A stretch of 64,000 nt of DNA from positions 1 to 64,000 of the forward strand of contig NW_003314275.1 of NCBI RefSeq assembly GCF_000143415.4, read 5' to 3'. Under the pieces are notes generated by a model. It was not told where the DNA came from, ran no database searches, and worked only from the letters and a program-made list of their open reading frames with translations. The stretch is from Selaginella moellendorffii (lineage: Eukaryota; Plantae; Lycopodiophyta). Below are positions 61,093 through 64,000 of the stretch, piece by piece. Both the position numbers and the translations under genes were made by a program. Numbering within the stretch: position 1 is the stretch's first letter; every line of letters begins with the position of its first letter.

Positions 61093-63276
61093 GAACCACT
61101 CATCCACCACTCCTTGAGTGCTCTGCTGAATTTCTTGTTTTGGTGGAACTTATATATACATTACTCAGAGTCCCTTAGAGACTAGTACAAAAGCAAATCA
61201 CTTATAGTGCTACTCTCTCAACAAAACCATCTTGCTATCTCCCACCTAATGGTGATCATTGCCTTCCAATCAGGGCTGTTGCGGTCATCTCCTCCGCAAA
61301 GCATCCAATGCCAAATCACCTTGTCTTGCCTCCTTTACAACAGTCCATTTCCATTTATACCTCCCACATATTCTCCTCCGTAGCAAGGGGTGCATTGTCA
61401 TCACCAAGCTTCTTGCACCTCTCTTTTACCATGTTCCTGGAGCAGCATATCCCTAAGGCAGACAGCAGCCAATGTGAACCTCCACCGATGTGCCATGATT
61501 GCCAATATTCAAGCATTTTGTCCCTCAAAGTGGCTGTGGTTCCTCGCTTCCCAAAGTGCCTATACCCTAGATGCACACCATATCTCCCATTTGGTCTGTC
61601 CAAGGGCCTCCCATACTGTGGTTTCGACCTGGGCTCCTACAGCATCCCACCTAACTTGAGTGCCCTATTTTAAGCGTCCCCAGCAACCAATCCTCTGCCA
61701 AGCTGATCCTCCTTTGGGAACCATTATGTGACATCTCCTTCATATATTTCAAAGTCTTGCTTGCTCCCTAGTTCCCTAGCCACCTTCACTACCTGTCTCT
61801 ATGTCTCCTTTGCCACATCACACTCCCAAAGGAAATGTGCTACTGTCTCAAACACCCCATATTCCGGGCACTTGCAGGCATCCTCTTCTTAGAATTGCTG
61901 TCCTACTGGCAAACCTACTATTGCCACAAGCCATGAAGTGACTTTTGACTTCTCTTAGATCAGTAGTTTCCAAAAAGCCACTGTGTTGTCGATCACTTGA
62001 TCTATTTCCACTCCTAGTGCAATCCATTTCTGCCAAATTTTTTGTACTTCCTCTCTCTCAAACTCCTTGTTCACCATCAGTTCATTCTATGTGTCCTTGA
62101 CCTCATATGTGAAAAATTCATTCACTCCATGTCTCCATGCTGCTGGGTCCCAATCGAGGTCCTCTATGAGCTCCTTACGCCACCATCTAGCCAGCATGGT
62201 GATTCTATCACCTCTGTCCATGTCGCTAACTATTTCAAGACTTGGATCCATCCTTTCACTTCGTCATCCATGACCTGTGGCATCATTTGTGTATCCCCTA
62301 CTGAAAGGAGTGTATCCCCTTTCACCACTTGAAAAGGCCTACCAAAGTTTAGATTTGGATCCGTCACAAACCACACCTCTGTCTCCCCTTCATTCCAAGC
62401 TAGAGTTGGTGTTGTGAATGCCTGAGTTCATCTTCCAAGTGCAAATTGTTCCCCATCCGGCATTTCCTCTCGTTGGATTGCCACAAAATCCCCAGCATGT
62501 AGTCTTCTTGCCGGCCACTTGTCCACAGTTCTTGCCTTTGTCACTGCTCGCAGTAACCTCAGCAGGTCCAGCTAAACATTTCACCACTTCCCTGGCCCAA
62601 AGACTTGGAAGCGCTGAGAATTTTTCTATTGGTCCAGGTCTATCACTCCAATTAGTTGTTTGACCATCTTAAATCCTCCCTGATGTATGCGCCTCCATAT
62701 GGTGTAGTGGTTCTTATGGCCTAGTGTTCAGTCCCCTACTTTAAACAATTCATTGAAGAAGAGAGGTTGGTTCAACCAATCCTCCACTCTAGTCAGGATG
62801 ACCTGTGTCAATGGGAATGACTTCTAGAGTTGAAGTAGACTCTGGATCAACTGTCCTCCCCCTATTACCTGTGTCTACCCTTCTGCAAACAACCACCGAG
62901 GATCTTCATCCCAAACTCTTGCAAATCCATATCTTGATCTGATCGCCAGCATGCTCTACCTGAAAAGAAGTTTCCAAGCTTAGGCCCCTAGTTGGAGGCT
63001 CATTAGTATGACTTTGTACCTCAACACCTTGATCATATCGCTCGGGTTTATTATCCCCAATCTTCCTAGAACTCATAGCCTCACCATGGACTGCCATGCC
63101 ACTTTTGCCATCGTCCAGCCACTAACCAGTGCTCCTACGTATGCACCATCAACCTTATACGCTTGATTGTTATCTCTAGCACTAGCCATATTGAGAGGTG
63201 GTACCATGTGTATAACAGCATAATGCTTTTCGCAACAACCACTCTAGCCAGAAGTCCTAGTTTCCGTGGAGCCCAT
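61093..63276 (-). pseudogene. Decayed LINE ORF2 C-terminal half related to the telomeric LINE, plus a short APE remnant at ~61093-61125
   Basis: KWAPRKLGL, WLNQPLFFN, LDWDPAAW, HFLWECDVA motifs with stops and frameshifts. Confidence 0.85.
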
Positions 63277-64000
63277 TGTTAATATTCAGGGGAATATGCC
63301 GACAAGTTGAAGAGTCAACGGTCGCGACAGTTAGACTGAGATAGATTATAACAGCGTGTTATCAATTCAATCTCTAGTTGAGTCGATTCGTTTCATGGTA
63401 TCGGAGCTGGAGTTAGTGAGCCTCCAGCTGCAGGTGGCGGTCATCCGATCTCACCAGTGGGTGGGAGTCAGGCCGATCAGGGGGGGAGCTCTCAAGCGAG
63501 TGATCAGGCAGTGGGTCTTGATCAGCAGGCTTCAGATGGCAGAGAGGTTGCCGTTTCAGCTCCACCGTTACGTCGATCCACTCGAGTAACAAAGCTCACA
63601 GAGGCAGGGCACCAGTACCAGGAGCAGCGTGATCTTGCTGTTGCCAAGCGTGAGTCCAGAGCAGAGGCTAAGGCAGTGAGAGAAAGAGCAGCATCGGCTC
63701 CTCAAGCTCCCTCAGGCTCTGGTGAGTCATTTTACTTTGCTTCCAGCGAGGAGGCAGGTGCAAAACAGGAAGGGTCAACGTTCATGCTACTCTTCAGCCA
63801 AGGCAGAGATGCTTTGGTGCCTCAGACCTTGGAGGAAGCCTTATCTGGTCCAGACGCATCCAAGTGGGAAGCCGCTCGTCAGGTGGAATACGATGCGTTG
63901 ATGGCGAACCAGACGTGGGACTTAGTGAAGCTCCCACCAGGGCGGAAGGTAATCAAAACCAAGTTCCTCCTGCGAGTGAAGACTACTCCGGATGGCAGCA
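63277..64000 (+). mobile_element. Ty1/Copia element, internally deleted, running off the window: LTR 63277-63395, PBS 63396-63407, IN-RT linker and RT start
   Basis: TG..CA-TGGTATCGGAGC; PPLRRSTR; PQTLEEAL..WEAARQVEYDALMANQTWDLVKLPPGRKVIKTK. Confidence 0.85.

Overview
Left chromosome end of a green plant with Arabidopsis-type (CCCTAAA)n telomeres. Telomere-attached Penelope-like elements (PLEs) and ~50-nt introns would fit a lycophyte such as Selaginella, but the species cannot be fixed from sequence. No intact host gene is supported. (1) 1-24303 is a head-to-tail chain of co-oriented retroelements, mostly 5'-truncated and capped by telomeric repeats. It holds six copies plus a tail of a 6.76-kb non-autonomous, endonuclease-less PLE (RT C-terminal half, satellite-like payload, HSE/W-box/TATA region, minimal hammerhead ribozyme, 3' telomere-complementary seed) and two L1-clade LINE copies. 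One LINE has an intact ORF2 and ends in the PLE's telomere-priming tail instead of poly(A). (2) 24304-28660 is decayed, mostly AT-rich DNA with a ~0.9-kb-arm inverted repeat. (3) 28660-64000 is an old LINE remnant buried under nested LTR elements that TSDs resolve. These are chromoviral Ty3/Gypsy copies whose integrase is split by two short GT-AG introns, a non-coding LARD-like partner family, a 5S-carrying Cassandra-like TRIM and an internally deleted Copia. Best candidates for novelty: the telomerase + PLE + LINE chromosome-end system and the intron-split integrase.
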